From: an uncultured virus (IMG/VR IMGVR_UViG_3300043774_001054)
Taxonomy: Duplodnaviria > Heunggongvirae > Uroviricota > Caudoviricetes
IMG/VR virus record: IMGVR_UViG_3300043774_001054
Span: 1-64,000 of that record
Strand: one strand, 5' to 3'
DNA: 64,000 bases
The notes below the pieces were generated by a model, which saw nothing but the letters and a program-made list of their open reading frames with translations, made no database searches and was not told the origin of the DNA. How positions within the stretch are numbered: the first letter of the stretch is position 1; each line of letters begins with the position of its first letter. A program made the translations under genes and the position numbers. This document shows, in pieces, positions 1-10,216 of the stretch.

Positions 1-3000
1 TAGCCCCACTGAAATAGTCCATATCCGAGAGAGAAACTCCAAAACCGCCAAACCAATCTGGCGCGAACCCATTATCGTGAAGAATGATCTTTCGGCCATT
101 ATAGGTGTTGTCAAACCTCAGAACGTGCCCACTTGAAGTTGAAGAGGAACCATATGGACTCGGATGAGCCGAAAAATTACCGATGAAGATATTCCCATCT
201 TCAACGTGCAGTTTAGCGGATGGACTCGTTGTACCAATGCCGACGTTGCCGCCTGCAGAAATTCTCATCCTCTCCAAAATAATATCAGCGGTTGATTGTG
301 TCCAAAAAGCCATTCCAGACACATTGCCACCTTCATTTACAGCATTAATTCTGCCATTGTTTCGTAATCCACCTCCCGTAATATTGCCGTAAAATAACAA
401 TGATGGGCCAAATCCGGCATCTACACCACCAGTGCCATTAACAGTAGTTGTATCAGCTTGAATCCGCAAAACATCAGCAGGCGCATTTCTTTGAGCAAAC
501 GTACCATAAATATCTGTTTTATACGATGGCCCCGTCGTCCCAATGCCGACGTTGCCGCTGCTCGTTGCAAAGTTGGCTCCTCCCGTGCTACTTAACGATG
601 TAAACGCATTTGTATTTGTCCAAGTATTTGCAGTTCCAAGAATTGATGCACCGCTAATACCTTGAATACCTTGAATACCTTGTGTGCCCTGAGAACCAAC
701 TGTTCCTTGAGACCCTACTGTACCCTGAGTTCCCTGCGCCCCTTGGATACCCTGTATTCCTTGAGCACCCTGAGTTCCTTGAACGCCTTGAATACCCTGG
801 ATACCTTGGATCGAACCTGGATTAACATCGACCCATTGCGACGATGTACCGTCATAATAGTAAATGCGCATCATGCCAACACTTGAGTCCCACCATAGGT
901 CACCGGCATTTGGAGATACCGGAGCAGTGTCGCTTGTGAGAACATTTGCATTCACGCCAGTGATACCTTGAACGCCCTGAGTGCCCTGAGTGCCCTGAGT
1001 TCCTCGAATACCTTGGATACCTTGGATACCCTGTACACCCTGGATACCTTGCGTACCTTGTACGCCTTGAATACCCTGTGTTCCTTGAGTACCTTGAATG
1101 CCTTGTGTTCCTTGAGTACCTTGCACGCCTTGTACGCCTTGTATACCCTGTGTCCCTTGGATACCTTGAATACCCTGTGTTCCTTGAGCGCCTTGAATTC
1201 CCTGGATACCCTGGGTTCCTTGTTGGCCCTGAGTGCCCTGAGTCCCTTGGATACCCTGACGACCTTGAGTTCCTTGTACACCTTGAGTTCCTTGAATACC
1301 AGTAATCCCTTGGATACCCTGTATACCCTGTGTACCTTGTGTACCTTGTGTGCCTTGTGCACCAGTTGCGCCTACGTCACCCGTACGAGCAAAAGTAATA
1401 ATAATGTCAAGAGCATTGGTAAAAGAAGTTGCACCGCTCAGGTAAGCTACCGGAACATTAAAATAATTGGAACCGTGAGAGTGAGCTCCGGTAATTGAGA
1501 ACAACGCAAAATTATTTGTGTCATTCTTCTGAGTGATCGTAAAGTGACCCTTGATTGTTGAGGTTGAGTCATCAATGGTCTGTAAGAAATTGTAAATTGA
1601 AACACTCAGGTCATCAGTATCATTAATGTAAAGAGCACTTGCCAGGCTTAGATCGGCATTACTGAGACGGAGCTTTCCGGTACCCGGATCCGCATTTGTC
1701 GTGGATGTATCAAAGGTGTAATCGAATGCTGCACCACCGAATGTTCCGGCAGTACCCTGCGAACCTGTAATACCCTGTGTGCCCTGCGTTCCTTGTACCC
1801 CTTGGATACCTTGAATACCCTGTGTCCCCTGAGCACCATTAATTCCTTGATAACCGGCAATACCTTGTACGCCTTGAATACCTTGAATACCCTGTGTTCC
1901 TTGAGCGCCTTGTACGCCTTGAATACCCTGTGTTCCTTGAGTACCTTGAATGCCTTGTGTTCCTTGAGTACCTTGAATACCCTGGATACCTTGAATCCCT
2001 TGGACACCTTGAATTCCTTGGATACCTTGAGTTCCTTGAATACCCTGGCGCCCTTGTGTTCCTTGCGTACCCTGTACGCCTTGAATACCTTGAGCCCCAT
2101 TCAGACCTTGAGCACCAGAAATACCCTGGACACCTTGAATACCTTGGAGACCTTGAGAACCTTGTGCTCCATTGAAACCTGATGCACCCTGAGTTCCATT
2201 GATACCTTGAGTACCCATTGTACCCTGAGCACCTTGAGGTCCAACAATACCCGATGATGTCGTGACCCATTGGTACGAATCACCATCATAATAATAGATC
2301 ATCAAAATACCTAGATCGGAATTCCACCAGAGGTCATCAACGGAAGGAGACTCGGGCGGAGTTGCCGATGAAGCAATTTCTGTTCCCTTTAACCCTTGAA
2401 TACCTTGGATGCCCTGGATTCCTTGGATACCTTGAATGCCTTGGATCCCTTGAACGCCTTGAATGCCCTGAATACCCTGAATGCCTTGCTCACCTTGAAT
2501 ACCTTGGGTACCCTGAGTGCCTTGAGTCCCCTGGATACCTTGTTCACCCTGAGCGCCCTGTGTTCCCTGCACACCTTGAATACCTTGGATGCCCTGGATT
2601 CCTTGCGTCCCCTGTGTACCTTGTGTTCCCTGTACTCCTTGAATACCCTGGATACCTTGAATTCCTTGTTCACCCTGAGTGCCCTGAGTTCCTTGGATAC
2701 CTTGCGTACCTTGAGTTCCGGTAATACCTTGAGAACCAGTGATACCTTGGATACCTTGTGTGCCCTGCGTTCCTTGAATGCCTTGAACACCTTGAATTCC
2801 TTGCTCACCCTGAGTACCTTGGATTCCCTGTTGTCCTTGAGTTCCCTGAGTTCCTTGGATACCTTGGATGCCCTGAATACCTTGAGTGCCCTGTGTTCCC
2901 TGTACTCCTTGAATACCCTGGATACCTTGAATACCTTGCTCACCCTGGGTGCCCTGAGTGCCTTGAATCCCTTGAATACCTTGAGTGCCCTGAGTTCCTT

Positions 3001-4711
3001 GGATGCCTTGCTGCCCTTGTGTTCCTTGTGTTCCCTGTACACCTTGAATACCCTGGGTGCCCTGAGTTCCTTGAATACCCTGTTCACCTTGTGTTCCTTG
3101 CGTACCCTGAGTTCCTTGAATTCCTTGAATACCTTGGATACCCTGTTCACCCTGAGCTCCTTGTGTACCTTGTACTCCTTGAATACCCTGAGTTCCTTGC
3201 GTTCCCTGTGTGCCTTGAATTCCTTGAATGCCCTGGATACCTTGCTCGCCTTGTGTTCCTTGAGTACCTTGAGCACCGGTTGCACCAATGTCACCCGAAC
3301 GAGCAAAGGTAATAATGATGTCTAAATCATCCGTAAATGATGTCGCACCAGAAAGATAGGAGACGGGTACCTGGAAATAATTCGTACCATGCGTATGATT
3401 TCCGGTAATCGCAAAGATTGCAAAGTTGTTTGCATTTGCCTTTTCCGAGATTGTAAAGTGACCTTTGATTGTTGATGTAGAATCGTCAATGGTCTGTAAG
3501 AAGTTGTAGATCGAAACACTGAGGTCATCAGTATCATTAATGTACAATGCAGAAGAAAGAGAAAGGTTGGCAGTATTGAGACGAAGAACGCCGGTGCCAG
3601 GATTTGAATTTGTAGTAGTTGTATCAAAGGTATAGTCGAATGCGGCACCGCCAAAGGTACCAGCAGGACCTTGAATACCCTGAGTTCCTTGTGTACCTTG
3701 CACGCCTTGAATTCCCTGGATACCTTGTGCTCCTTGAATACCTTGAATTCCCTGGATCCCTTGGATTCCTTGTTCACCCTGAGTACCCTGAGTTCCTTGA
3801 ATACCCTGCACGCCTTGGGTACCTTGGACGCCCTGAATACCCTGAGTGCCCTGAGTGCCTTGAACACCTTGGATACCTTGAGTTCCTTGAATTCCCTGTT
3901 CGCCCTGAGTTCCCTGTGTTCCTTGCACACCTTGAATACCTTGTGTACCCTGAGTCCCTTGAATACCTTGCTCACCTTGCGTACCCTGTGTTCCTTGTAC
4001 GCCTTGGATACCTTGAATGCCTTGAGTACCTTGTGTGCCTTGGATTCCTTGAATTCCCTGAGTTCCTTGGATGCCTTGCTCGCCTTGCGTACCCTGTGTT
4101 CCTTGCACACCTTGGATACCTTGAGTTCCTTGGATACCCTGGATACCTTGGATGCCTTGCGTGCCTTGAGCACCATCGGATCCAACGTAACCATCTGCAC
4201 CCTGAGCACCCTGAGTTCCCTGCACGCCTTGAATGCCTTGAATTCCTTGTTCACCCTGAGCACCCTGCGTACCTTGCACGCCTTGAATTCCCTGGATACC
4301 TTGCTCGCCCTGAGTACCTTGTGTTCCTTGTACACCTTGAATGCCTTGAATACCCTGGATACCTTGCTCGCCTTGTGTACCCTGATGTCCTTGGATACCT
4401 TGTGTTCCTTGAATACCTTGAATGCCCTGCAAGCCTTGAATACCCTGTGTACCTTGGATACCTTGGACTCCTTGAGTACCTTGTGTTCCCTGTGTGCCTT
4501 GGATTCCTTGAATGCCCTGGATACCTTGCTCGCCTTGGAGACCCTGTGTTCCCTGCACGCCTTGGATACCTTGAATGCCTTGGAGACCCTGAGCACCTTG
4601 CGCGCCGCCATTAACGGCGTTCCAGTATGATCCATTCCAGATCCAGCTACTGTTGTTAGCTGTATGAATGTAACCGTTGATCGGATTGGTTGGAAAATTA
4701 ATTACGGCCAT
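1..4711 (-). CDS. Large collagen-like tail fibre/virion fibre protein, 3'-partial (>1570 aa, runs off the left edge; absent from the ORF track)
   Basis: ATG at 4711-4709 (MAVINFPTNPINGYIHTANNSSWIWNGS...). The same frame reads ...SLSDMDYFSGA at position 2, and the long shadow ORFs along the gene all sit in one constant shifted frame. Long G-X-Q triplet runs are separated by globular modules; GNVGIGTT motifs lie near 230-560. Confidence 0.85.
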   Translation of the reverse strand, partial: MAVINFPTNPINGYIHTANNSSWIWNGSYWNAVNGGAQGAQGLQGIQGIQGVQGTQGLQGEQGIQGIQGIQGTQGTQGTQGVQGIQGTQGIQGLQGIQGIQGTQGIQGHQGTQGEQGIQGIQGIQGVQGTQGTQGEQGIQGIQGVQGTQGAQGEQGIQGIQGVQGTQGAQGADGYVGSDGAQGTQGIQGIQGIQGTQGIQGVQGTQGTQGEQGIQGTQGIQGIQGTQGTQGIQGIQGVQGTQGTQGEQGIQGTQGTQGIQGVQGTQGTQGEQGIQGTQGIQGVQGTQGTQGIQGVQGTQGVQGIQGTQGTQGEQGIQGIQGIQGIQGAQGIQGIQGVQGTQGTQGIQGPAGTFGGAAFDYTFDTTTTNSNPGTGVLRLNTANLSLSSALYINDTDDLSVSIYNFLQTIDDSTSTIKGHFTISEKANANNFAIFAITGNHTHGTNYFQVPVSYLSGATSFTDDLDIIITFARSGDIGATGAQGTQGTQGEQGIQGIQGIQGTQGTQGTQGIQGVQGTQGAQGEQGIQGIQGIQGTQGTQGTQGEQGIQGTQGTQGIQGVQGTQGTQGQQGIQGTQGTQGIQGIQGTQGTQGEQGIQGIQGIQGVQGTQGTQGIQGIQGIQGTQGTQGQQGIQGTQGEQGIQGVQGIQGTQGTQGIQGITGSQGITGTQGTQGIQGTQGTQGEQGIQGIQGIQGVQGTQGTQGTQGIQGIQGIQGVQGTQGAQGEQGIQGTQGTQGTQGIQGEQGIQGIQGIQGVQGIQGIQGIQGIQGIQGIQGLKGTEIASSATPPESPSVDDLWWNSDLGILMIYYYDGDSYQWVTTSSGIVGPQGAQGTMGTQGINGTQGASGFNGAQGSQGLQGIQGVQGISGAQGLNGAQGIQGVQGTQGTQGRQGIQGTQGIQGIQGVQGIQGIQGIQGTQGTQGIQGTQGTQGIQGVQGAQGTQGIQGIQGVQGIAGYQGINGAQGTQGIQGIQGVQGTQGTQGITGSQGTAGTFGGAAFDYTFDTSTTNADPGTGKLRLSNADLSLASALYINDTDDLSVSIYNFLQTIDDSTSTIKGHFTITQKNDTNNFALFSITGAHSHGSNYFNVPVAYLSGATSFTNALDIIITFARTGDVGATGAQGTQGTQGTQGIQGIQGITGIQGTQGVQGTQGRQGIQGTQGTQGQQGTQGIQGIQGAQGTQGIQGIQGTQGIQGVQGVQGTQGTQGIQGTQGTQGIQGVQGTQGIQGVQGIQGIQGIRGTQGTQGTQGVQGITGVNANVLTSDTAPVSPNAGDLWWDSSVGMMRIYYYDGTSSQWVDVNPGSIQGIQGIQGVQGTQGAQGIQGIQGAQGTQGTVGSQGTVGSQGTQGIQGIQGISGASILGTANTWTNTNAFTSLSSTGGANFATSSGNVGIGTTGPSYKTDIYGTFAQRNAPADVLRIQADTTTVNGTGGVDAGFGPSLLFYGNITGGGLRNNGRINAVNEGGNVSGMAFWTQSTADIILERMRISAGGNVGIGTTSPSAKLHVEDGNIFIGNFSAHPSPYGSSSTSSGHVLRFDNTYNGRKIILHDNGFAPDWFGGFGVSLSDMDYFSGA
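660..4600. repeat. 9-bp-period collagen triplet repeat blocks (G-T-Q/G-I-Q/G-V-Q) in fibre 1
   Basis: Runs of ccttgaata/ccctgagtt/ccttggata-type 9-mers at about 660-810, 960-1360, 1750-2240, 2390-3280 and 3665-4600. Confidence 0.95.
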
Positions 4712-4742
4712 AATAGTATTGAGCTATTTATTAAAATGATTC

Positions 4743-7700
4743 TTATTTCTTGATGAGGGCTTTTAATTCATCAATTTGCTTTTGTTGCTCTTTAATTGCT
4801 TCGATGAGGAGAGCAGTAATGTTACCGTAATCAACCGAAAGAGTGCCTTCTGCATCTTCCTTGTCTTGATGCAACATGACAACTTCTGGCACAACTTTTT
4901 GTACTTCCTGAGCGATGACACCCATCTTACGGGTTTTTGTTTCATCACGAATAAGAGTGTAATATACACCGCGAAGAGCTAAGGTCTTGTCAAGAGCACT
5001 TGTAACTGTTTCTACATTTTCTTTCAGCTTTGCATCGGAGTAAGCTGTAACATTACCAGCAGCCCAAATAGCTCCACCGAATGTGGCATTATTATTACTC
5101 AGGTCCCAATATACTGGCCAATATCCACCAACTTGGGACCAACTAGTGGTATCAACTCCACCTCTAAGAATATAGAAGAGGTTAGAGTTATTGTGCAGCA
5201 TCGCCGACATTTGATCGGCATCTTGAAAGTGCAATGTAGGTGAGCCGCCGCGAATAGTGATTTGATTTCCCCAGAATTTTGCAGTAGATAAACTAGAATC
5301 GCCGTTGGGATTGAGATAATAACTTGTATCATTACTATCCCTAAATTGGGTAGCATCAGCTATGTTGAAAGTTACGTTATTTCCTGTGCCTACGCTTTGG
5401 TTGATCGTGTAGGCGGTGATGTTGGCGGCATTACCCGTGACGGAGATGCCCCAGCTCCCGCTCGCACCGGAGCCGGTCAGTGACGGTGCCCATGTCGTAA
5501 AATTTTGGTTCGTCAAAACCCTGTTCCATGTCTGCCATTGAGATGCGCCAGATGCACGCCAGCCGCCACGGAACGCTAAGTCATTTCCTGCATGTGAAAC
5601 ATACACCTGAGCCTGAGCGTCAGAGTTCGCGTCAAAATTTATTAACGCTCCGTATTGGTATGCCACGGTCGGAGAGTTGCTACCGAAATCGGCTTGGTTT
5701 ACCTGCACAACGGTTTGAGAAACATCCCCGAGGGTATTCCAATTAGTTGAACTCGCCGGACCTATGCTCTTGAGCACTCGCCCGATTGCGTAACCCCCAA
5801 AAAGCGTTGAATTTGCCGCCGTCGTCGCCGTCGCCGCATTGCCGCTGATCGAACCAGTAATTGTATTACCTACAGTTAATCCAACAAGATTCGAAGTGCT
5901 TGCTGGGTCTGTATAGTAAACAGTATTGTTTGTATCATAAAAAATAGGAGCGCGAAGCGATCCATTACTATATGCGTAACCGTCGGTACAGTTAAAAGGA
6001 TTGTAGTCGGTGCCTCCGCTACTTGTCACGGAGAATATAATTGAATTGCCTTCATCGAAACGAATCATCTGTCCCGAGAGTCCGGTATTTGGTCTTGCAA
6101 AGGAAGAACCGGTATTGGATTTATTTCTTGCGATACCAGCGGCCGTCCAAGAAACGGCGGGTTCTGAGGTCCAAAGATAAAGATACGCATTTCCGGTCCC
6201 AGCGCCGTTATTTCCGGCTGGAAGACCAAAGGCGGTACTCATTCCATGAGTATAATTAAATGTATTGGTTCCCGTCCATGTATTTGTATTACCGAGAATG
6301 GTCGCACCCGAAGTTCCTTGCGTACCTTGAGCACCCGTCACACTTGTACCAATCGTACCCTGAGCGCCAGTGCTACCAGTTGATCCTGTATTGCCAGTCG
6401 CACCAGTAATACCTTGACGACCCTGGATACCCTGAGTTCCCTGCGAACCCATTGCGCCTTGAGCACCAGTTGAACCTGTGATGCCTTGAGTTCCCTGGAT
6501 ACCTTGGATACCTTGAGTTCCCTGCGAACCAAATGTTCCCTGCGCACCCTGAGTTCCTTGAATCCCTTGGATGCCCTGAGTACCCTGAGTGCCTTGAGTC
6601 CCTTGAATACCTTGGCGACCTTGGATACCCTGCGTACCTTGAATACCCTGAATACCTTGAATACCCTGTGTTCCCTGAGTTCCTTGAATTCCTTGAATAC
6701 CCTGTGTTCCCTGAGTTCCTTGAACACCTTGAATGCCCTGAGTACCTTGAAGACCCTGAGCGCCTTGAGTTCCGATTGCTCCTTGAATACCTGTAATACC
6801 TTGGATCCCTTGAATGCCTTGAGTTCCCTGTGCACCGACATCGCCGGTACGTGCAAAGGTAATTATAATATCGGCATTCGATGCAAAAGATGTAGCACCC
6901 GCAAGATACGATGCAGGAACGCCGAAGTAATTCGTGTTATGAGTATGAGCCCCCGTGATTGCAAATAGCGCAAATACATCTGGATTGCCTTTGATTGAAA
7001 TTGTGAAGTGACCCTTAATAACAGATGTCGAATCATCAATTGTCTGTAAGAAATTATAGTTCGAGTTATTTAAATCGTCCAACTCGTTAATGTAAAGAGC
7101 ATCGGCGAGCGAAAGATTTGCATTATTGAGCCGTAGCTTTCCGGCTCCGGGATTGGAATTTACAGTAGATGTATCAAATGTGTAATCGAACGCTGCACCG
7201 CCAAAGGTGCCTGCGGTACCTTGAATACCTTGGATACCTGTAAGACCCTGAATGCCTTGAGTACCTTGAGCTCCAGTAATACCAGATGTTGCGGAAACCC
7301 ATTGAGATGAGTCACCGTCAAAATAGTAAATCATGAGCATACCGCCAACAGAATTCCACCAAAGATCATTTACCTCTGGAGAAGTTGGTGCAGTGTCGCT
7401 AATAGAAATTTCTGTACCCTTGAACCCTTGAATACCTTGAAGACCCTGTGTTCCTTGTGTACCTTGGACGCCTTGAATACCTTGGATGCCCTGCTCACCC
7501 TGAGTGCCTTGTGTCCCTTGGATGCCCTGGATTCCTTGAATACCCTGGATGCCTTGTTCGCCCTGTGTCCCTTGAGTCCCTTGGATACCTTGAGCACCTT
7601 CGGTTCCCTGTGTTCCCTGAGTGCCTTGGACGCCTTGCGTTCCCTGCACGCCTTGAATACCTTGAATGCCTTGGATTCCCTGCTCACCCTGAGTGCCTTG

Positions 7701-8594
7701 TATCCCTTGAATGCCCTGGATACCTTGGGTACCTTGTGTCCCTTGGATACCTTGCGTACCTTGTGGTCCAAGTTGGGTATACATTACCTGCGTTGCCGTC
7801 AGAATAATCGACGGTGTTCTTGGGCGATTATCATTACCCGCAATTGTTTCTAACGTAACATTAGCACTATTTGTTTCCCAGAAAAGTTGAATGTAATCAT
7901 TTGCCGCCAATGACAATACAAAATTCACCGTCAATATATTAGATGAGTATGCACCTCCTTGTTTATCCGGAACATCATAATGGGAATTTGTATCTACAAG
8001 AACTGTTCCATTCTTCTTAAGGAAGAACTGAGTTGCACCATTCGCCGTGCTTCGATTTGTTAATTGAACGGAAAATGTGATGCTATAAACACCTTGATTT
8101 GTAAAGGTTACCCGGCTTCCAGAAACCACAGAAACCGCATTACTATCGGTGTCATAGCTATCCAGTGTTACAGCTTGAGGAGTGTTAAGAGCTACTGCCG
8201 TTTGATTTGTGGTATCCCAGAATGAACCCCAATAACCAATTGCACCACCGGTGCCAGGAGCTCCGGAGATACCTTGGATACCCTGACGACCTTGGGTACC
8301 TTGAGTGCCCTGAGTACCTTGGACACCTTGAATTCCTTGGATACCCTGAGTTCCTTGAATACCCTGGCGCCCCTGTGTTCCTTGCGTACCCTGTACGCCT
8401 TGAATACCTTGTATACCCTGAGTGCCTTGTGTTCCACCACCCTGATAATAGAATGTCCCGTCTGTATCCGATACTAAGAAACGAGTGAGCCCCTGGGTAC
8501 TTTGGATACCTTGGACTGCGATTGTTCCAGTTACGGTTGCGTTACCGGCTACATCTAAGCCGTTTTTGACTTTAAAGTTTTTATCTATAGACAT
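4743..8594 (-). CDS. Collagen-like tail fibre with C-terminal peptidase S74 intramolecular chaperone (1283 aa)
   Basis: N-terminal DKNFKVKNGL motif, G-X-Q runs, and C-terminal 'AYSDAKLKENVE...GVIAQEVQKVVPEVV...VDYGNITALLIEAIKE' autocleaving chaperone signature. Confidence 0.88.
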   Translation of the reverse strand: MSIDKNFKVKNGLDVAGNATVTGTIAVQGIQSTQGLTRFLVSDTDGTFYYQGGGTQGTQGIQGIQGVQGTQGTQGRQGIQGTQGIQGIQGVQGTQGTQGTQGRQGIQGISGAPGTGGAIGYWGSFWDTTNQTAVALNTPQAVTLDSYDTDSNAVSVVSGSRVTFTNQGVYSITFSVQLTNRSTANGATQFFLKKNGTVLVDTNSHYDVPDKQGGAYSSNILTVNFVLSLAANDYIQLFWETNSANVTLETIAGNDNRPRTPSIILTATQVMYTQLGPQGTQGIQGTQGTQGIQGIQGIQGTQGEQGIQGIQGIQGVQGTQGVQGTQGTQGTEGAQGIQGTQGTQGEQGIQGIQGIQGIQGTQGTQGEQGIQGIQGVQGTQGTQGLQGIQGFKGTEISISDTAPTSPEVNDLWWNSVGGMLMIYYFDGDSSQWVSATSGITGAQGTQGIQGLTGIQGIQGTAGTFGGAAFDYTFDTSTVNSNPGAGKLRLNNANLSLADALYINELDDLNNSNYNFLQTIDDSTSVIKGHFTISIKGNPDVFALFAITGAHTHNTNYFGVPASYLAGATSFASNADIIITFARTGDVGAQGTQGIQGIQGITGIQGAIGTQGAQGLQGTQGIQGVQGTQGTQGIQGIQGTQGTQGIQGIQGIQGTQGIQGRQGIQGTQGTQGTQGIQGIQGTQGAQGTFGSQGTQGIQGIQGTQGITGSTGAQGAMGSQGTQGIQGRQGITGATGNTGSTGSTGAQGTIGTSVTGAQGTQGTSGATILGNTNTWTGTNTFNYTHGMSTAFGLPAGNNGAGTGNAYLYLWTSEPAVSWTAAGIARNKSNTGSSFARPNTGLSGQMIRFDEGNSIIFSVTSSGGTDYNPFNCTDGYAYSNGSLRAPIFYDTNNTVYYTDPASTSNLVGLTVGNTITGSISGNAATATTAANSTLFGGYAIGRVLKSIGPASSTNWNTLGDVSQTVVQVNQADFGSNSPTVAYQYGALINFDANSDAQAQVYVSHAGNDLAFRGGWRASGASQWQTWNRVLTNQNFTTWAPSLTGSGASGSWGISVTGNAANITAYTINQSVGTGNNVTFNIADATQFRDSNDTSYYLNPNGDSSLSTAKFWGNQITIRGGSPTLHFQDADQMSAMLHNNSNLFYILRGGVDTTSWSQVGGYWPVYWDLSNNNATFGGAIWAAGNVTAYSDAKLKENVETVTSALDKTLALRGVYYTLIRDETKTRKMGVIAQEVQKVVPEVVMLHQDKEDAEGTLSVDYGNITALLIEAIKEQQKQIDELKALIKK

Positions 8595-8640
8595 TCTGTT
8601 TCCTTATTCCACAGAAGGTTGAACACCGACGTTGAATGTC

Positions 8641-8648
8641 TATTTATA
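8641..8648 (-). promoter_or_regulatory. T4-type late promoter TATAAATA
   Basis: Exact TATAAATA on the minus strand, 46 nt upstream of the fibre ATG at 8594. Confidence 0.75.
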
Positions 8649-8668
8649 ATAAATTAGTTCACAGGACT

Positions 8669-10216
8669 TTAAAAGCCCAAATACTTCTGACGAATGAAGC
8701 GAAGATCGTAGGACGTGTAACTAATCGGACGGTTCTCGAATGGAAGTTTGCTTGGAGCACACCATCTCCATTCCTTACCCCATTTATGAGTCATGTAGTC
8801 CATGTTCATGAGATTCACTCGGTCCAATTTCTCTTTGAGTACCGGATCGCTCTTGCCCGTCTGACTTCCATGAACATGATATTCGTTCTTCTTGCCCTCG
8901 CCGTGATAGTAATCGCTTTGAAGATTCATCATCTTGCGGATTGGACTGTGGATGAACCGTAGGAAGTAATCGGCGTCCTCGTTGTACGCGGGATACAGAT
9001 TCTCATCAAAGAGACCGTAATCGGCAACAATATGATCTCGAAGTAGGAAAAGGTCCCAGCTACCGACATTATGGTCGCCTTCGTAGCCGTGAATGATACC
9101 GAGCGAAGGATCACGCATAGTTGCAGCATACATTTCCGCAAGGAAACCACGACCAAACGCAACATCATCATTTACAATGATCCAGTACGGAGCCTTCAGA
9201 TAGGATTTAATCATAAGGTTCCATGAGCCCGGAACACCTAGATTTGCCGGCATATGAACCACTTTAATCTTACGAATGTAGGGATGCGGAGTTGCAGCAA
9301 TCGCATCCAATTCGGCATCAATCTCTCCGCGTCCGTTGTTATTGATGATGCAGAACTCCTTGACGGGAAAATCAACACTCTCAACAAGGCGTTTTACCCA
9401 TTTTGGATTTGTGACCACTGCCGTTCCGATCATAGGAATGATGGGAGTCGGCACTGGCTTCTTCATAATGGATTCCAGTGATGCTGTGGGACCATTCTGT
9501 TGCCACCACGTTGTGACGTACTTCTCGGAAAGAGCATTGTATTCCTTGACCTTCTTGGTATCGTTACTATAGAAGGTCGACGAGAATGTATTCTTTTCAG
9601 TGAAGAGCGGGATACTGTACGACTTTGGTTCTCCCGGGAAATACACGAGGTTCTCTACGATGGGCTGGCACTGTTTGTCATTCTGAACAATGAGACGGAA
9701 ACGACCATCAATAAAGTAATCATCAATCAGCTGTTTGGCGTATGATCGTTTGATCAGATACGCAGTGACGCACCAGTCGGAAGCAATGCGTGGACGGAAG
9801 CCAATATCATTAATTTCATCCGACCGAATCTGAGCCAACTGTACATTCTTCCAGTCCGAAGGAAGCGATGCAAAGAACTCTGACCACGTGAAACTCCAGT
9901 TCTCGCAGTTCTCAAGGTTCACATCATCTTCCAAGAATAACGCAACATCGGTTTCGGAAGTATCGTACCAATACTTGATCATTGTGAGGTGACCCATTGC
10001 ACACGCAATATCGGTCGACTTCATAATGTCAAAGTAAATGCCAGTGACGACATCTCCTTTCTTGCGATAATCCGTTACGCGACCATCAAAACCATCAATG
10101 CGAGTATGCTTGCCGATGCCGTACTTGGCAAACTGGTCATTAATGCACTTATGTCTGTCGGGCTGGTCGGGAAGTGTGAGCCAATAGACGGGAGGAAAAT
10201 TATCCAGTTTGCTCAT
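8669..10216 (-). CDS. Two-domain glycosyltransferase (GT25-like N-terminus, GT2-like C-terminus)
   Basis: N-terminal 'VYWLTL..PDR', 'IACAMGHL', 'LFLEDD', 'AYLI' (GT25-like); C-terminal 'CIINN', 'NLGVPGSWN', 'IIVNDDV', 'GLFDENLYPAYNEDADY' (GT-A fold). Confidence 0.8.
   Translation of the reverse strand: MSKLDNFPPVYWLTLPDQPDRHKCINDQFAKYGIGKHTRIDGFDGRVTDYRKKGDVVTGIYFDIMKSTDIACAMGHLTMIKYWYDTSETDVALFLEDDVNLENCENWSFTWSEFFASLPSDWKNVQLAQIRSDEINDIGFRPRIASDWCVTAYLIKRSYAKQLIDDYFIDGRFRLIVQNDKQCQPIVENLVYFPGEPKSYSIPLFTEKNTFSSTFYSNDTKKVKEYNALSEKYVTTWWQQNGPTASLESIMKKPVPTPIIPMIGTAVVTNPKWVKRLVESVDFPVKEFCIINNNGRGEIDAELDAIAATPHPYIRKIKVVHMPANLGVPGSWNLMIKSYLKAPYWIIVNDDVAFGRGFLAEMYAATMRDPSLGIIHGYEGDHNVGSWDLFLLRDHIVADYGLFDENLYPAYNEDADYFLRFIHSPIRKMMNLQSDYYHGEGKKNEYHVHGSQTGKSDPVLKEKLDRVNLMNMDYMTHKWGKEWRWCAPSKLPFENRPISYTSYDLRFIRQKYLGF

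Noticed and set aside
660..4600. Possible CRISPR array or satellite
   Set aside because: The period is 9 bp with no unique spacers; fully explained by collagen coding
662..8488. Many long overlapping ORFs (LNTLDTL..., KVFKEHR..., LEYLGYP...) on both strands
   Set aside because: Shadow frames of the 9-bp collagen repeat, which lacks stops in several frames; the real frame is G-X-Q on the minus strand
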